From: Promethearchaeota archaeon Loki_b31
Lineage (GTDB): Archaea > Asgardarchaeota > Lokiarchaeia > Sigyniarchaeales > SOKP01
Reading direction: 5' to 3'
Assembly (NCBI GenBank): GCA_005222975.1
Contig: NJBI01000002.1
Location: forward strand, 1 to 64,000
Length of the DNA: 64,000 nt
Shown: positions 61,248-64,000 of the stretch, piece after piece
Layout of the letters: every line of letters begins with the position of its first letter
Numbering within the stretch: the stretch's first letter is position 1
Made by a program: the position numbers and the translations under genes
Notes under the pieces: generated by a model
What the model saw: the letters and a program-made list of their open reading frames with translations, nothing else
Databases searched by the model: none
Told to the model about the DNA's origin: nothing

Positions 61248-62555
61248 ATGGAAAATCGTTCAAATAAAAAATATATTGGGACTTTATCACAGAAAGAGTT
61301 AATGAAATTATACGCAAAGCATGTGAACGCACCAAAAGTTCGCACTTTTAAAGGATTTGGGTTAGGAATCGTACCAGGAGAGAGGAAAGGAGTCAAATTT
61401 AGGACACTTGCTGGACCAAGACCCTCTGATTCACCAATGGAACTGTTTGATTGCCACACATGTGGAGGTGTTTATAATTTAGGTCATCAAAATCCAAGAA
61501 TTATTCAAGTTCTTAAGGATGCTTTAGATGGTGGGCTAGATATCGGTGATCATCTGCAATTATCAGAATGGAGAGCTATTTTGGGGAAAAAATTAGCGGA
61601 ATTAATGCCTCCAGGAATAACAAAAACCACATTTGGAGTTAGCGGTGGTGAAGCAGTTGATACTGCCATTAAGTTTTCAAGGGCATATACAAAAAGGAAA
61701 GGATGTATCTCCGCAATTGGAGGATTTCACGGACATACCGGATTTGCCTTGGCAACTGGAGACCCTGGCTTTAAAGAAAACTTTCTATGGAATCTTCCTG
61801 GTTTTGAGCAAGTACCTTTTGGCGATGGAGACGCCTTGAAAAAAACTATTTCGGATGATGTTGCGTGTGTTATTTTAGAAACTATTCCAGCAACAGGCGG
61901 AGTATTAATCGCTCCAGAAGGTTACTTTTCAGAAGTTCGGGAACTCTGCGACGAACATGGGGTTATGATGATCATTGACGAAGTTCAAACCGGACTTGGA
62001 CGAACAAGTCATTTCTGGGCGATTTATGGCGGTTTATATGAGAATGAAAAAGTTGTTCCTGATTTTATGGTTTTAGGGAAAGGTATGAGCTCTGGGATAT
62101 ATCCAATCTCTACTTGTAGTTACAAACCATTTATAGAGAAGTCAGTTTTTAAGGAGGATCCGTTCATTCATATTTCTACAACTGGTGGCTCAGATTTAGG
62201 TTGTACGATTGCGTGCGAGATGTTAGACATACAGTCCGATCCCGAATTTTTAAAACATGTAAAAGAAATGGGTAAGTTATTTGGTAAAGGTTTAGAAGAA
62301 ATAGCGGACGATAATTCTGAACTAATAAAAGAAGTGAGGGGAAGAGGGCTTATATGGGGAATGGAGTTTAATAGCGAAACATTTGGGCAATTAGCTATGC
62401 TCTCCATAATAAAAGAAGGCGTCTTACAAAATTACTGTGGTAATAGAAAAGATACTCTTATTATGATGCCACCATTAATCGTGAAAGAAGAAGAAATTGA
62501 AGAGATTATAGAGAGAATAGGTAAAGGTGTCCATAATCTTAAAAAATTAAGTTAA
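61248..62555 (+). CDS. Class III aminotransferase
   Basis: SGGEAV, FHGHT, DEVQTGLGRT, GK, VRGRGL. Confidence 0.92.
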   Translation: MENRSNKKYIGTLSQKELMKLYAKHVNAPKVRTFKGFGLGIVPGERKGVKFRTLAGPRPSDSPMELFDCHTCGGVYNLGHQNPRIIQVLKDALDGGLDIGDHLQLSEWRAILGKKLAELMPPGITKTTFGVSGGEAVDTAIKFSRAYTKRKGCISAIGGFHGHTGFALATGDPGFKENFLWNLPGFEQVPFGDGDALKKTISDDVACVILETIPATGGVLIAPEGYFSEVRELCDEHGVMMIIDEVQTGLGRTSHFWAIYGGLYENEKVVPDFMVLGKGMSSGIYPISTCSYKPFIEKSVFKEDPFIHISTTGGSDLGCTIACEMLDIQSDPEFLKHVKEMGKLFGKGLEEIADDNSELIKEVRGRGLIWGMEFNSETFGQLAMLSIIKEGVLQNYCGNRKDTLIMMPPLIVKEEEIEEIIERIGKGVHNLKKLS

Positions 62556-62573
62556 TAATATTTTTTTCTCAAT

Positions 62574-64000
62574 TTAGGAGTCACTATGATATTTAAATCT
62601 ACTTAATTTATAGATTTCTTGAGCGATTTTCTTTCCAATATTCTCAACTTTTAATAAATCACCAATTTCAGCGTTGAAAATATCTTGGAGGGATTTCAAT
62701 TCTCGAAGAAGGTTTCTTGCTCTAAGCGAATTTACGCCAGGAACGCCTGCAACAATATATTCTAATAAACGAGAAATTTCGATGGGTTTCTTCTCAAACC
62801 TTAGTTTTAATTCACCTTTAATACTAGATTGTTCTTTTTTCGCTAATTGAAAAAGGAAAGTAGCAGTTTCAGTGGAATCTTTTGTTTTGTATATAGAAAT
62901 TCCTAAATTCAAAATAATGGAAGTTATTGCACCGTAGAGCGCGTTTTGATTAATATTTGAATTAATAAAAGGGTCTCCTTCTAAAATTAAGATGGGTCTA
63001 ATAAAGTTATTTTTTAAATCGTTCAATTCGTTAAATAATCTTCCATCTTTAATAGAATCATTAAAATCTTGGGCAGATTTTCGTTCAATCCCAACTCTTT
63101 CCGACACTATGTAATCAGCCACAGCTAGTTGTTTTAATTTTAAATCAACTCCCATTAAAGATAGTGTTCTAACAACCGCAGAGGCTGTTTCTCTATTGTC
63201 ACAAATAATTGTAAATTTTTCAGCACCTTCAATTTTTTGGATCAACTGAATTTCATTTTGATTTTTTAAATTAGCCTTATCTCTACCTTCTTTTTCTTTT
63301 TTAACGAAATTTAAGAGACTCGATTGCCCAACAACTTTAGAGTTGGAATCAGTTTCTTTTATTTTTTTTAAACTCTGTTTCATAGTACGCTCCTTAGCTC
63401 TTTCTGCCCAATAGTACCCTTCATCACGGGTACCCTCAGCCATTAAAATAATAACTTTTCCTTCTTTTTCTCTACCAGTCCTCCCGCGACGTTGAATTGA
63501 ACGTACAGCACTCGGAACGACATCATAAAAAATAACTAAATCACATTCTGCTATATCTAATCCTTCTTCGCCAACACTCGTCGCTATTAACGTATTGTAA
63601 ATTCCCTTTTTAAAGTCGTCAAGAAGTCTTATTTGTTCCTTTTGAGTTAAACCTTTGTCAGATGTTTTACTCTGTTGTCCAACGAATTTATGTGCCGTTA
63701 TGCTTGGATCTTTTTTAAGAAATTTAACTATATTGTTAACAGAATCCCGAAAATGACAAAATACCAAAATTCTTGAATTATTATCTCCAATTATCTGATT
63801 ATGTAGAATTTCCGCTAATTTTTCTAGTTTAGGATGTACAACTCCCTTTATTTTGTTAGATTCAATTAATTTAATAACGCGTTTAATGTCAGGATCTCTT
63901 AGGAGTTCTTTTAACGATTTATTTGCTGTATTTTGTTTTATCTTTTCTATGTTTTTTTTCATGTAATCATCTAAAGCGCTCAACCCCTGAGTTTCTATTA
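62574..64000 (-). CDS. hef: Hef/FANCM-like helicase-ERCC4 nuclease (5' part outside window)
   Basis: HPKL, ATSVGEEGLDI, QRRGRTGR, ERCC4 DNRE...ADY...ERKS..D, C-terminal HhH. Confidence 0.9.
   Translation of the reverse strand, partial: IETQGLSALDDYMKKNIEKIKQNTANKSLKELLRDPDIKRVIKLIESNKIKGVVHPKLEKLAEILHNQIIGDNNSRILVFCHFRDSVNNIVKFLKKDPSITAHKFVGQQSKTSDKGLTQKEQIRLLDDFKKGIYNTLIATSVGEEGLDIAECDLVIFYDVVPSAVRSIQRRGRTGREKEGKVIILMAEGTRDEGYYWAERAKERTMKQSLKKIKETDSNSKVVGQSSLLNFVKKEKEGRDKANLKNQNEIQLIQKIEGAEKFTIICDNRETASAVVRTLSLMGVDLKLKQLAVADYIVSERVGIERKSAQDFNDSIKDGRLFNELNDLKNNFIRPILILEGDPFINSNINQNALYGAITSIILNLGISIYKTKDSTETATFLFQLAKKEQSSIKGELKLRFEKKPIEISRLLEYIVAGVPGVNSLRARNLLRELKSLQDIFNAEIGDLLKVENIGKKIAQEIYKLSRFKYHSDS

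Noticed and set aside
2075-62407. Numerous short antisense/overlapping ORFs in the ORF track (e.g. 2075-2275, 6414-6881, 24998-25501, 52004-52384)
   Set aside because: Shadows of well-supported genes with Ser/Phe/Ile-rich antisense composition
1-64000. Selenoprotein TGA read-through
   Set aside because: No TGA-interrupted redox protein or convincing SECIS noticed

Overview
AT-rich archaeal chromosome segment, almost certainly Asgard (Lokiarchaeia-like). The evidence is archaeal core genes (rpl15e, RNase P Rpp30/Pop5, tgtA, Trm5-like, Hef, TrpB2, tRNA-Arg) together with eukaryotic-signature proteins (Rab-like GTPase, roadblock, longin/uDENN-like, EMC6-like). The main discovery candidate is a ~10.6-kb island (~9801-20421) inserted in the active-site region of a nitrilase gene, which it repairs with a divergent 5' half. 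The island carries a co-directional operon: DEDDy exonuclease-DUF429 fusion, a PurA homolog with PurZ/PurZ0 signature substitutions (GSEGKG), a dCTP-deaminase-fold protein lacking the catalytic Glu and carrying two TM helices, a dG-kinase-like kinase and a dedicated PurB. This looks like a cellular pathway for 2-aminoadenine (Z) deoxynucleotides coupled to a nuclease and a membrane protein, possibly a nucleotide-signalling or pool-poisoning antiviral system (inference). Other notable items: an oversized SMC whose hinge is replaced by a duplicated helical repeat; four genes that need ATT/ATA/ATC start codons; a C/D-box sRNA predicted to guide 23S Gm2251; a Trp-rich uORF upstream of trpB2; and an ISL3-like transposase split by a -1 frameshift. 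All family calls come from motif recognition by eye; no database searches were run.
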